Origin: Psammoneis japonica
Taxonomy: Eukaryota
Length of the DNA stretch: 64,000 nucleotides
NCBI GenBank assembly: GCA_008632985.1
Contig: QPGO01000078.1
Span: 248,001-312,000 of the forward strand
Reading direction: 5' to 3'
A program made the translations under genes and the position numbers. Under the pieces are notes generated by a model, which saw only the letters and a list, made by a program, of their open reading frames with translations, did no database searches and was not told where the DNA came from. How positions within the stretch are numbered: the stretch's first letter is position 1; every line of letters starts with the position of its first letter. Shown one piece after another: positions 11,694 through 23,145 of the stretch.

Positions 11694-13980
11694 TCAAGAA
11701 ATGCCCAGATTGTGGCAGACGGTCAGACCAAGATTGTTGGCATCCCAGATGTGTGAACAGATTTTGCACTCTGAGCACAGCTCTGCCCCATCCACCTGAT
11801 CATCACAAGGCATCATGAGGGTCATCTTCCAAAGCAGCAACAATGGCTTTGTTGTTTGACAGCAACAAGGAGTTGCACCCTCCATCTGGGTGTGAGGATG
11901 AGTCAGCACAGGGCAGTCAGCTGGCATGTTGGCGGGTCCAGGGGGGCGCGTGGCGGGCAGCAGCAGGATGCATGCCCCCTGGCCCGGAAGGGGCTCACAG
12001 ATGCCACACAAAATGGCAACAAATGACAGACAAGGTTGGCTCCTCAATGAAGGGCAGAGGTGGCTGACAACAGTCACACTGGTCATCTGTCCTGCTGCCA
12101 TTGGCAAGCCATCCACTCTGGAAAGAGGAGAGAGACAGAAAAGAACTGGCCCCTTTGGAAAATCCTGAGAGGGTTGTGACTCGAATGAGCAATCCTCCAC
12201 AGCACCTTCCATGGCAGAATCAAGCACACCAATCATTGTGTCAAACAAGAGAAGACAAGCCACCAGTCAGTTGCATTTGCACTGGTGCATTGATTGTGCT
12301 GGTGCCACTCAGATGCCAAAATCTCCCAACCAGATCAGTGCACTTGTTGACAAAGTCCATGCATGGACAGCACAAACAAATGGGAAGTTGAGATGAAGTT
12401 GTGCACACAGTCACAATGACAGTGGCCACACAGATGCCATGTGGGCTGTGACACACAGATCTTTTCCAAGGATGAACAGCGGGGGTGCTCTGACCATTGA
12501 CAACACTGGCAAGGTTTGGACACCTCTTGGTTGGACAGCTCAGCTGCTGTGTGCAAGCAGGCCCATTTTTTGGACATCTTGCTTTTCTGCATTCACCAAT
12601 GAGTGCAAGTCTGGGGGAGGATCATTTGTGGAGAGTGGTTGTTGCACTCATGCCATCAAACAGTTCATGCTGCAAGAGCTCATCCAGCCCAGGTCAAGTG
12701 ATGATGTCAGACAACAAAACAGAGCTGAAGACTGGAGCAGAGGACCATGGGTCTTCACAGCAGGGTCATGATGTCAGCCACAATCATGCAAGAACTGCAA
12801 CCCTGCTCTCCACAGCTGCAGCCAATCACATGGATGCATCACAGCCATGTTGCAGTCCACAGACACTTTGTTGCCATTGCCTTTCAAACAATTTTTGAAA
12901 ATTCTTCACAGGCACATCTGGATTCTTTGCAGCCCACAAATGCAGGAAATTGTGCTAACACACCCACCATCATCTGTCTGGATTTGTTCAACACATTCTG
13001 AAGGATCAGCGGCTGGGCTGCAGGGTCATTTTTTTGTTTGTTGAGGGCATCAAGGAGAAGTTGATCCCATCCAGCAACAGCTGCATCTGTTTCAGTCAGT
13101 CATGGCAAGGTTGACCACACTGCTGCATTGAAGAAGAGTCTTTGGCTTTTGCATCATGTCACTCCATTTGGCAGCTGAGGATGCCACAAAGCAGGATTTC
13201 ACCTCAGGGCAAAGGGTGCATGTGTCACTTGCATGGTCAATGACCTGGGGTCAAACAGTGTGTTGCCAAAATGTTCAGTGCTGTGATCTCCCACTTTGCC
13301 AGCCACTGTTTGCACCCATCCAAAGGGGGAAGCTGCGCTCTTGACACAATTGATCTGCACAGCACTCAGCTGTTTCAGCAAGTGGCAGTGCAGCGGCAAT
13401 GTCATCAGCAGGGTTTGAGGGAAGGTCGCAGAGCAGCAACTGCTCTGCTTGGATGTGCTCCGCAGATCAACGTCATGCTCAGATGTGAACATGACTGCCA
13501 CAGAACTCAACGCTGGCTTTGTTCCACATGCTCCTCTCTGCTGCAGAGATCTTTTTTCTTTTTTTGTGAGAGGATTGTGTGCACAAGAAGCAGTCAATCC
13601 AAAACATGGTGCACTGTTTGGAAAAAGCAAAATGCCCATCATCATCAGGCTCACTCCAGCCAGCCAGAATGATGCAAGGCTCAGCAGCAGGAGCAGGAAA
13701 GATGCAAAAACTGCACAGCCACAATTGTGCCAATGCTGGCAAAACAGAGTCAGTCAAGGGTGATCTGTTGATTTGTGCACGGAAGTGAAGTGTCAAGAAA
13801 AATCTTGTAAGAAAAAGCACTGGAGCATCATCTGGTGTGCCACAGAAGGAAGAGCCAGCACAACGTCCATGACTCTGCTCAACATGCCATCAACTCTTTG
13901 CACAGAAAAGAGCATCATGTCAGACTCCTTGACTGGCTTGTCACACATCAGCGCCTTCACCAAATCCATTCGCACTGACT
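11694..13980. repeat. Highly degenerate, unclassified repeat depleted in both TpA and CpG
   Basis: About 2 TA and about 20 CG in 2.3 kb by eye; saturated with TG/CA; only spurious Cys/His-rich ORFs. Confidence 0.5.
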
Positions 13981-14131
13981 GACAGACTGACCCACCGAAA
14001 ACCGAGCGAGCGAGCGAGATCTCCGCGCGCGCGAAAGCAGACCGGAGACTGGGCAAACGCCATGACCCATGATGCAACTTCAAAAAGGCGGCGGCGGCGG
14101 CGAAAATACCGTAGGATATGATTGACAAAAG

Positions 14132-15442
14132 ATGAGTACTTCTTCTGTGAGAATACATGTTGCGATTGTAGGGGCGATTGCAACAGTTTCTGCGGTTATT
14201 GTTCTTGTTGTAAATAATCGACAACGAAACAAGCCATCGTCCGACGAAACGGCGGCGGGTGCTTATGAATCTCTGATTGGAAACACACCATTGATAAGAT
14301 TACACAACCTGTCACGTTTGTTGGGACGATCTATTTATGTCAAGATGGAATGTTTGAATCCGGGTGGTACAGGAAAAGATCGAGCAGCCTTGTGCATGAT
14401 TCAACGTGCCGAACAACAAGGTCTCCTCCCGCAACAACGGCAATCAGAAGCGACAGAAAAACAAATCATCCGACAAGAACAAAACAAAAACGATGTAAAC
14501 GACAATGATTCTATAATTATACAAAAAGCAATGCATCACTCCCGAACGGGCGGATTAGTGGTGGAGGGCACATCGGGATCGACGGGTATTTCACTCGCGG
14601 TGCTTTCCGCCTCGCGGGGCCATGCCTGTTTGGTGGTGTTACCCGATGATCAAGCATCGGAAAAGCGTGATATTCTAACGACACTGGGAGCAACCGTCCA
14701 TGTGGTCAAGTGTTGTGCCATTTCCAATCCCAATCATTACGTCAATGTGGCACGACGGCTTGCCGATACGGCAAGACGGAGGTTTGGAATCGATGCCGTC
14801 TTTATCAATCAGTTTGAAAACGAGGCTAATTTTGATGTGCACTACAATAGCACGGGACCCGAATTATGGAATCAATGTCGACGTCTCTATAACTTTAGTA
14901 CAATCCATGCCTTTGTCATGTCGTCTGGTACAGGAGGAACGATTGCCGGGGTCGGACGCTATCTCAAGGAGCACGTCTCTTCACTTTGTAAAGTCGTCTT
15001 GGTGGATCCACCAGGGAGTGCGCTGTGGCATTGCATCAAGCACGGTGTGGCCTATGCACCCCAACAACGAGAGCGTGCACTCAAACGACATCGATACGAT
15101 ACACTGGCCGAAGGTATTGGTTTGGATCGTATTACGCACAATTTCTCTCTTGGAATGGATTGCATGGACGATGCGATTCGTGTCACGGATCAAGAAGCGG
15201 TCGACATGGCACACTGGCTACTTCATCATGAAGGACTGTGGGTTGGATCGAGTTCGGCCATGAATATAGTGGGAGCTGTGCAAGTGGCAAAGTCATTGGA
15301 GCCCAACTCAAATGTTGTGACTGTGGTTTGTGATGGAGGACAACGACATGTGACGCGGTTCTGGAATCGAGATTTTGTGTTGGAGTGGGGGCTATCGTGG
15401 CCGGGAGATACAGAAGGTCATGTTCCTTCTGTTCTTTCATAA
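14132..15442 (+). CDS. Cysteine synthase-family PLP enzyme (O-acetylserine sulfhydrylase-like)
   Basis: Intact 436-aa ORF; IGNTPL, KMECLNPGGTGKDR (PLP lysine), EGTSGSTG, NQFENEAN, SGTGGT, EGIG; N-terminal hydrophobic anchor. Confidence 0.92.
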   Translation: MSTSSVRIHVAIVGAIATVSAVIVLVVNNRQRNKPSSDETAAGAYESLIGNTPLIRLHNLSRLLGRSIYVKMECLNPGGTGKDRAALCMIQRAEQQGLLPQQRQSEATEKQIIRQEQNKNDVNDNDSIIIQKAMHHSRTGGLVVEGTSGSTGISLAVLSASRGHACLVVLPDDQASEKRDILTTLGATVHVVKCCAISNPNHYVNVARRLADTARRRFGIDAVFINQFENEANFDVHYNSTGPELWNQCRRLYNFSTIHAFVMSSGTGGTIAGVGRYLKEHVSSLCKVVLVDPPGSALWHCIKHGVAYAPQQRERALKRHRYDTLAEGIGLDRITHNFSLGMDCMDDAIRVTDQEAVDMAHWLLHHEGLWVGSSSAMNIVGAVQVAKSLEPNSNVVTVVCDGGQRHVTRFWNRDFVLEWGLSWPGDTEGHVPSVLS

Positions 15443-15613
15443 CAGTACACATAATAGAATTCTTAAAATACCTTCAACAAACATTGTCGATTCTCTAGTA
15501 GAGAATGGCATACTGGAAAAGCCAAGACTTGGTCGCTTGCTAAACACAACGCGTCTTCTTAGCTCAACTAAGAAATGTCTTATGCTTTGATTACACCACA
15601 AATAATGTTTTGC

Positions 15614-16490
15614 TCAAAAGAATGCGTCTTCATAGTCTTCACCATACTGATCGTATTCATCATACTTGTTGGAATCACCATACAACTCATCGGCAAGTTT
15701 CTTTGCCTTGGCTTCGGCAGCCTTGTCTCGTTTCTTGGACTTTTGTGCCTCCCCCTTGACCTTTCGTTTCGCCGCTGCAACCTTTTCATTCTTAATGACA
15801 TTGCACGTTTTGATGATATCGGATATCGCAGCATCGTCCAGCAAGTCTTTGGATTGAGTAATGACTTCTTTTATAAAGCCACTCGCAAAGTTAATCTTGC
15901 CGTGGTCCTGGAGAAAAAGCATAAGACAAAAAAAGAGTAAGAATCACTGTACAATGACATACTACACAACAGACATAGACATGCACCTACCTTGAAGCAC
16001 TGAGCAACTTTACGTGCATGTTTGAGATGATCCTTCAGGTCCTTGAGCTCGACTGTATCTCCGGCACCCATGGCTGTTCCGCCAGGTCCACCTCCCGACG
16101 TGGGAGCATCGACACCACCAAAGAGGTCATCCGTAAGAGCATTATCCGCCTCTTCAATCCTTCTCCGTTGCAACGCTCGCCGTTCTTCCGTCGTCATATT
16201 GGCTTCTTCTTCCGCCTCCAATTCATGGCACGGCGTGCCAATTCCTCTTCTTCTTTGGCTTCTAATTCTGCCCTCTTTTTGGCGGCAAGTGCCGTTCCCT
16301 TCTTTTTCATTTCACTGTGTGTGGCCTTGGCGGCAGCTTCGCGTTCCTTCACTGCCAAGTCTTCTTCATCGTCAAAGGTTGGAACGTTTTCCGTGGTGAG
16401 CTTGTTGAGGCCCAAACGTGCGTCAAGCTCGTCATCGTCACTTCCCACATCCCAATCATCGTCACTACCATCGTCCCATGTATCACCCAT
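15614..16490 (-). CDS. eIF3j: Eukaryotic translation initiation factor 3 subunit J
   Basis: Acidic MGDTWDDGSDDDWD N-terminus, EEADNALTDDLFGG core and YDEYDQYGEDYEDAFF C-terminus; GT-AG intron 15908-15990; single-base frameshift near 16225 (probable assembly error). Confidence 0.85.
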
Positions 16491-16849
16491 TTTGTGGTTT
16501 TTATTCTGTTGAATATAGAATGTGCTTTGTTGTAGTCTTGGTGGTTACACAAAAGCGTTTGCGTTAGGTGTTCTTGTGGTCGGCGCTTTTTTGTGTGTCG
16601 TCATGGTTCTGCGTGGTCGACAATTGCTCCTCGGTGATCTCAGTACAATCTGCGTAGAATTCTACAGAGTTCAGCGCGAACTTGGCGCAAGCGCAACGCG
16701 CGAAAACATGCGTGATTGTCAATCTGAAATAGTCTTGTGATCTACCGGTACGATGTGCCTCCATTTTCGAGCGAATTTGGCCCCTCTATGAGTAACAGAT
16801 AACAGAAGTATCGACCTTGTCGACATTGGTACTGTCAAACGTCGAAATA

Positions 16850-18147
16850 ACTTCGACATTAAGTATCTTGTGTTGCTTTTTAAATGGAAGCGAAAAGCAT
16901 CGACTTCCTCCGATTCCCGAAGTGATCCAACGACAACCATGGCGTTTGCACTCAGAAATCCTTTTCCTTCATTTTCACCCACCTCAATTGTGTTGGGAAT
17001 GACAAGCCGAAGAATTTCCAGCCCAGTCTTTCTTCAGAAATGATGCTCTGCCCATCTCCAAACGCTAGAGTCAACTTGATTGCTGATCGCTCGGATAGAA
17101 ACACAGGAGGTTTAAAATTCTCGAATGTCTCTAGACCTCATCCAAAGGCTGTAGTCGGCAATGACATGAAGGCTGTCTCAGTTGCCTCTTGGGGACCATT
17201 ATACGGAGGGATACTCTCCGATCACCGAATGGAATTGTAAGACCGGTGACGGGCAAGCCGTTACCAATACAGTAGCGCCAAGCGAGTTGCGGTGGCAAAG
17301 ACCTCAGACCTGATAACATGTGATCAAATTATTCATGCGATCCAGTTCTAACTGAGATGTTGACATTGCAATTGTTTGTGAAAGAGCCGTTGCCACATCA
17401 CCATTCACGATCTGTACTCCGGTAAGGCATGTGAATTCGCCCCCAGTTGATGGATCGAATCGGATGAAGAAATCGATAATAATGTCAGAACCGCTGAGAT
17501 TAGTCCGTTCGCGAATCGGTATAGGGCTACGTTGAACTTGACAGTTGAATAGCTACCCGACGTTGGTTCTTTGTGGACCAAAAAAAAAATGTCGTACGCT
17601 TGGTAATCCCCTCGAATTCTTCTGATTATAACCTTTTTCTCTTCCGCTGTTTACTTACAGGATAGGTCTCAGTGGTAACTGTGTTAACAAAGGAAACGTT
17701 GTAGGTATACCGCCGACACTTGTGACGAAATCAAGGTATACCAATTGTATTTCTTTGACTGCGGATGAATCTTCATCAGGAGCCGTCTGTTGGAGACTTA
17801 TTTTCTGTTCTTCTTCGAAGAAGTTTGCCATTGCCTCTGTAGTCAGGGGGCGTGGAAGAATCCTCTGCTCTATAGGGGCGTGTCAGCCCAGAAGATTCTC
17901 ATTTCCTTATCGCTCTTTTGAACACTGTTACTAGAGAGCGTACACGGGATGTGAAGGATTTCCCATGCCCATTTAACATCTTCTCCAGGTGAAGTGCAGG
18001 GCTTTGCTGCAACCTCCTGATCCGCTTCCTGACGAGAGGCTGGCGATGCACTTCGTCGGCGGTCGAAGCGGTTGTCAATGCCCTTTCGGCTGGCAGGAGC
18101 AAATGCATCAAAAGCAGTAACTCGACGAATCTGTGGCAGAATAACAT
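16850..18147 (-). pseudogene. Fragmented putative secreted protein gene with a possible PPC-like C-terminal segment
   Basis: Signal-like MLFCHRFVELLLLMHLLL; pieces IQLVYLDF, GPQEATET, FLSERSAIKL and VVGSLRESEEVDAFRF in shifting frames; normal TpA content. Confidence 0.3.
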
Positions 18148-18275
18148 GTTATATGCAAGAGTAGTCTTTGCAAGCTTTTTGTCTTTTCTGCTCGCCCTTC
18201 ACGCTGAAAGTGAGCAACGTGGTTGCGTGAACAACAAAAAGTGAGACGAATTCAAATTCCTTTTAGTATCCAACG

Positions 18276-18325
18276 ATTCTTTGCATGTCGAGGAAGAGAA
18301 ATTCTTTGCATGTCGAGGAAGAGAA
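18276..18325. repeat. Perfect 25-bp tandem duplication
   Basis: attctttgcatgtcgaggaagagaa x2. Confidence 0.9.
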
Positions 18326-18558
18326 ACACATTTTCGAGCAGCTGGCTCCTGATGGGATGTGATTCAATGCCTATTCTCGGAAGATGCAAATCCTGATTTG
18401 CATCCCGTGTTCTTTCCCTACCTTGGAAGCCCTGAAGTTACGAACCGAAAGCCGCTGGTACAACGTTTCTTGATAAGGTGAACGAGCATTTAAAAATTTT
18501 ACGGCTAGAGGCTAAAGAGAGACTGCAAGATACTACCATGTCTGTTACCTGTTGGTGG

Positions 18559-19689
18559 TTATGCTTTCGACTGCCGTCGACGGCGAGATCGGCGAAAGCG
18601 ACGGGAACGCTGTTGCTGATTGGGATGGAGTTCATCCTGCAGAATTTGGTTAATGAGTTCGTCTGTGTCTGCTGCACCGCTAAGAAGAATGTCTTCCACG
18701 AGTTCACTGCGCTCTATCGCCGCGGCTTCAGAGTACATTCTTTGCTGAGGCGCTTCCCCACGTGTTTCCAGCGGCAACCGTGCCTGCAGCTGAGCAATGA
18801 TTGGCGCAGCCTCATCGAGCCAGAGAAGGTCATCCTCGCGTGTGTCTCCGAATAAAGGTGGCGAAGATAAGTCAATGGCGTCCCAATCAATGCGACGACC
18901 AACCGTTGGTACATCCTCTAGTGCTCCAGGATGCTCCGCTTGAAGGTCTTGCCAGAGCTGGCGCGGAACTCCTGCTTTTAGTTGACGCAGAAAGTAGCAC
19001 ATTCGCCTCCTGTGAAACTCATGGAGAGCACCGTAGCCATTCGTTTCATTCCCTCGGCGAAAATTACCCCATCCAGCCTTGGTCTGGAGAAAGAGATACT
19101 GGCGATCGCATGTAGAGCAATGGCGCTCTCCAATTCCTCGCTGTTTCCCACAACAATAGCACCATCTGCACCCACATGCCTGGCAGCTGATGTGCATGCA
19201 TCCGTCATCCTTCTCCCCCCGGACGCCGCAGTTCGGACAAGGAACGCTTCCTCCAATTGCTAACACCTGTTGCACTGCTTCGAGAAGAAGCTGCATCGGC
19301 GTCTGGGCGGCTTCCGTCTGCTGCTGGGTAAGCTCGTCTATGTGCTTTTGCTCATCATCCGCAAATGAGACAGCATTTCGGCCGATGGCTTGATGCCACA
19401 GTGCAAGTAACTCATCTGACAGACACCGTGCCAACCTCTTTACTTCCATGGAGTGGCATGTGCACTGTCCATTGGCAAAGAGCGGACATGGAAGTTCTCC
19501 AACATGACTGATCGCTTCATCAGAGACCAATTCTTTAGAGAAGCAGCCTCCACTCGCTTTAAACGATGTCCGAGCGTAGCTATTGATACAATCGTCGCAA
19601 AAATGATGTGGATTCGACCCGGAACAAGACATGACCGCGGGAGAAGTGTCACAGAAAGAACATACTGGCCGATTCTCGGCTTGCATCAT
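18559..19689 (-). CDS. RING/IBR (RBR-type E3 ligase-like) protein
   Basis: CSFC..HHFCDDC..LPCP N-terminal RING-like region and CPNCGVRGEKDDGCMHISCQACGCRWCYCC IBR/RING2 motif. Confidence 0.75.
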   Translation of the reverse strand: MMQAENRPVCSFCDTSPAVMSCSGSNPHHFCDDCINSYARTSFKASGGCFSKELVSDEAISHVGELPCPLFANGQCTCHSMEVKRLARCLSDELLALWHQAIGRNAVSFADDEQKHIDELTQQQTEAAQTPMQLLLEAVQQVLAIGGSVPCPNCGVRGEKDDGCMHISCQACGCRWCYCCGKQRGIGERHCSTCDRQYLFLQTKAGWGNFRRGNETNGYGALHEFHRRRMCYFLRQLKAGVPRQLWQDLQAEHPGALEDVPTVGRRIDWDAIDLSSPPLFGDTREDDLLWLDEAAPIIAQLQARLPLETRGEAPQQRMYSEAAAIERSELVEDILLSGAADTDELINQILQDELHPNQQQRSRRFRRSRRRRQSKA

Positions 19690-20108
19690 GGTGTTTCTTT
19701 TCTTTTTATAGTTTTTAACAGAATTTGAAATTTGGAAATAATTAGGCCACATCATTGAAGCGAAGCCCGATTGTTGATTCACGAGTCGTCGACCCTCCTC
19801 GCTTCATCGATGCACGAATGGGAATCAATCCACGATTGAAAATTAGAGTAAGAAGTAAGAAGTTACACTCTCCAGACTATCCAGATTGAATTGTTCTTCA
19901 CCTCTTTGAAGGTAGCAAGTAACTGGAGATTGAGTTAGCTAAGGGCCCTACTGGTACTAGTATGCAATACACCATGTGAACTGATACCGGTACACAACTT
20001 TGACTTGTTGCTCACTTCTTGAAGAGTACTACAACATGAAGTTTCGTCATGTCCTATTTTAGTTAATCTCCATTAAGACAGCCTGTTAAAATATGCCATC
20101 AAATGCAA

Positions 20109-22961
20109 TCACCGCAAATCTACCTCATCGTATCTCATGTTGTAGATCTTGGAAGTTTCCACCGCCTGCGACAACCTCCCCTGCGCATCCTTGAGTAGCT
20201 CCTTGAGCTCACTCACCTCCCGCCCTTGCTTCGCCATGACGACATAGGGATTGTCTTGATCCTCTTCCTCCGCATCATCATTAGACAACATTTCCTTTCG
20301 ACGCTTTTCGGCACGAGTCCTTCGTGCTAGAATATATTGGATGCACTTGAAGCACATGAAATCCTCATCATCCGGTGCCTTGACGGCAAGCTTGGTCCAC
20401 ATGCACGGCATGTGCACCGCATTGGAACAAAAGTCACAACAAATCAAGGTACCAGGCTCACGGCAAACGGCACAAACATCCATGTGCTCGCCATCATAAC
20501 GACGAATCGAGGGATACCGACCGGCATCGGCTTCGTCAATCAAGACGGTCGCGTCAATGGTTGGACGCGGAGGAGCTGCAGCCGCGGCTGGCAGTAGTGC
20601 TGCTGGTGGTGGTGCTACGGATGGTACGACCTTTTTGCGACGACGACGGCGTTTCTTCTTTTTCTTTTTTGGGCGCTCTGGGATTGGTTGAGCTAAAATG
20701 GCTTCCGCTTGGGCAAGTTCCGCCTCCAACTCTGCCAGCACGATGTTGGGATCGACAAACTTTTGGGCTCCAATCATGAACGTGTCCTTGTTTTCTTCCC
20801 TCTTGCGCTTCTTTTCCTTTCTCTTTTCGTCTTGAATCAGTTTGGCATTGACCGTCTCCTCGACGGTCTCCAGACGATCTTGAATTTGCTCGCCCAGATC
20901 CTTGCTCCTCTTGATGCACACTTTGGACTTGGCATGGTAGATGGCGCCGTATCTGGAATGACACGGCGCTCCACAGTCGGCGCAAGGGTACACCACCATG
21001 TCTGAGCTGTACGGCTTGGTCAAGTCGCAGCGTTTCAAATACAGACGCATCTTTGGAGCGACAGCGTCACTGTTGACGGATTCTCCCTGATCCGTGTCGT
21101 CGTCATCATCATTTTCCAGCTCTCGCACCACTCGACGCTTATCCGGAACCAAGATGCATTCAACCATGCGATCAGGAGAAGCTTCTTGAGGATAGATTGG
21201 TACATCTGGTTTGACTGTGGTTTGTGGCTTTTTCCTGGGTTCCTGAGTTCGTGGGTCATGACCATAATACACATTGAAGACTTCTTGTGGATCTTGGTGC
21301 TTTCCTTTGGTGTACAATTCGCCCAACCGTTTTCGCTTGAGCCGATTCTGAATGGAAGCCGACATGAAGTGTCTCTTTTGTCGTTCATGCAGTTTCGAGA
21401 CGACATTGTTGCGACGCTTCAACCCGGCTTTGTTTGGAATTTCTGTTTCTTGTGGGACATCCCGCTTGTCCGTCACGACTTGGACAATGCCAAAGGCCGT
21501 GATAAACTCCAGTCCCTCTGTAAGAACAGGAAACTCGTACTTGGGTGTTGGAGCCTTCACCTTTTGGCACACTTTATTCTGAACGTGATACTGCAGTCCA
21601 AGCAATACGGAGAAGGTCTTGCCACAATCAGGACAGGTACGAGCTTTCTTGACGGCCTTCTTCTTCTTTTTGGAAGACGGCAATAGCGTTCCTCCCTTGC
21701 ACACGTCATTCTTGACGTGATAGTCCAATCCGTTTCGTGTGGAAAAGACGCGTTTGCAAGCGTCGCAGGTGCGTTCGGATTCGGGTCTGCGGCGACTGCT
21801 GGGCTGTTTTCCTTCAGCCTCTGCAACGAGCCTCCTTGTCTCTGCCTTTTGTCGTTCAACTTCTTCCGCTTGTCTTATGCATACCTTCTTCTTGACGTGA
21901 TAATCAAAGCCTGCAAAAGTCTTGAAGACTTTCTTGCAATCGGGGCACTCTAATGATTTTTCTCCTTTTGACGATTCTTCTGCTTCTGCCTGCGGTTTTT
22001 CCTCCTCTTCGTTGTGGCATACCTTGTTCTTTTCGTGGTATGTGAGACCAAAATTGGAGCTGAAAGTCTTGCCGCAATTGGAACAGGAAAGGGATGAATT
22101 TTTCGTTTTCTTTTGCGGAGAAGCCTTTTTCCGTGGCGAAGCTCGTCGTTTCTTTGGAGACCCTTTTTTCTGCGGAGGCTCTTCATCAGAGCTCTCACCA
22201 TCAGTGTCGACTTCTTTAGGAGCACTTTTCTGTGTCGAAGCTCGTCGTTTCTGCGGAGACGCTTTTTTCTGCGAAGGCTCCTTGACATAGCTCTCATCAT
22301 CATTGTCGTCTTCTTTAGGAGCTCGTTTCCGTGGCGAAGCTCTTCGTTTCTGTGGAGACGCTTTTTTCTGTGGAGGCTCTTCGGCATAGCTCTCATCATC
22401 AGTGTCGTCTTCTTTAGAAGCTCTTTTCCGTGGCGAAGCTCGTCGTTTCTGTGGAGACGCTTTTTTCTGCCAAGGCTCTTCATCATAGCTCTCATCTTCA
22501 GTATCTTCTTCTGCAGAAGCTTTTTTCCGTGGCGAAGCTCGTCGTTTCTGTGGCGGCGCTTTTTTCTGCCAAGGCTCTTCATCATAGCTCTCATCATCAG
22601 TGTCGTCGGAACAGGATAAGGATGACTTTTTCGTTTTCTTTCGCGTTGAAGTTTTTTTCTGTTGCGACGCTCTTTTCTGCGGAGGCTCTTCATCATAGCT
22701 CTTTTCCTCCTCCTTTTTGTGGCATACCTTCTTCTTTTCGTGATATGTGAGACCGGCCTTGGAGATAAACATCTGACCGCAATTGGAACAGGATAAGGAT
22801 GACTTTTTCGTTTTCTTTCGCGGAGAAGCTTTTTTCTGTGGCGACGCTCTTTTCTGCAGAGGCTCTTCATCATCGTAGCTCTCATCGTCAGTGTCGTCTT
22901 CTGAAGATGGTGATGATGACGATGACGATGACACACTAGCCGCTGATTCGTCTGAAGACAT
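20109..22961 (-). CDS. Nuclear C2H2/C2HC zinc-finger and PHD-finger protein with acidic/SPxK repeats
   Basis: Six CxxC..GLxYH..C-type fingers; PHD CAVCREPGTLICCDFCSNAVHMPC..CFKC; ATG taken at MSSDES (the ORF extends to 23069). Confidence 0.8.
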   Translation of the reverse strand: MSSDESAASVSSSSSSSPSSEDDTDDESYDDEEPLQKRASPQKKASPRKKTKKSSLSCSNCGQMFISKAGLTYHEKKKVCHKKEEEKSYDEEPPQKRASQQKKTSTRKKTKKSSLSCSDDTDDESYDEEPWQKKAPPQKRRASPRKKASAEEDTEDESYDEEPWQKKASPQKRRASPRKRASKEDDTDDESYAEEPPQKKASPQKRRASPRKRAPKEDDNDDESYVKEPSQKKASPQKRRASTQKSAPKEVDTDGESSDEEPPQKKGSPKKRRASPRKKASPQKKTKNSSLSCSNCGKTFSSNFGLTYHEKNKVCHNEEEEKPQAEAEESSKGEKSLECPDCKKVFKTFAGFDYHVKKKVCIRQAEEVERQKAETRRLVAEAEGKQPSSRRRPESERTCDACKRVFSTRNGLDYHVKNDVCKGGTLLPSSKKKKKAVKKARTCPDCGKTFSVLLGLQYHVQNKVCQKVKAPTPKYEFPVLTEGLEFITAFGIVQVVTDKRDVPQETEIPNKAGLKRRNNVVSKLHERQKRHFMSASIQNRLKRKRLGELYTKGKHQDPQEVFNVYYGHDPRTQEPRKKPQTTVKPDVPIYPQEASPDRMVECILVPDKRRVVRELENDDDDDTDQGESVNSDAVAPKMRLYLKRCDLTKPYSSDMVVYPCADCGAPCHSRYGAIYHAKSKVCIKRSKDLGEQIQDRLETVEETVNAKLIQDEKRKEKKRKREENKDTFMIGAQKFVDPNIVLAELEAELAQAEAILAQPIPERPKKKKKKRRRRRKKVVPSVAPPPAALLPAAAAAPPRPTIDATVLIDEADAGRYPSIRRYDGEHMDVCAVCREPGTLICCDFCSNAVHMPCMWTKLAVKAPDDEDFMCFKCIQYILARRTRAEKRRKEMLSNDDAEEEDQDNPYVVMAKQGREVSELKELLKDAQGRLSQAVETSKIYNMRYDEVDLR
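22110..22620 (-). repeat. Coding 99-bp (33-aa) tandem repeat, about 5 copies
   Basis: catagctc anchors at 22286, 22385, 22484 and 22583; unit approximately DDTDDESYDEEPPQKKASPQKRRASPRKKASKE. Confidence 0.85.
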
Positions 22962-23145
22962 GGTCGAAAAGACGTCTTTGTTGTCGATGCTAATACTGTT
23001 TTGGGTTGAGAATGGTGTACGTATGATTGACGCTCTCCCCTGATGGCTCCTCTTCCCTCTTCGCCGCAACTGTCAACAACAACTCTATCTTCTCGCTCGC
23101 TCCTCGCTCGTCGTCACGCACTCTAGACTATGTAGGGCCCTACGG

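Noticed and set aside
16194..16240. Programmed frameshift or pseudogenisation of eIF3j (also frameshifts near 1560 and 2900)
   Set aside because: Single-base losses, mostly in short homopolymers within otherwise intact genes, are most simply long-read assembly errors.
21950..22936. Arg/Lys-rich alternative-frame and antisense ORFs
   Set aside because: Shadows of the 99-bp coding repeat of the zinc-finger/PHD gene.
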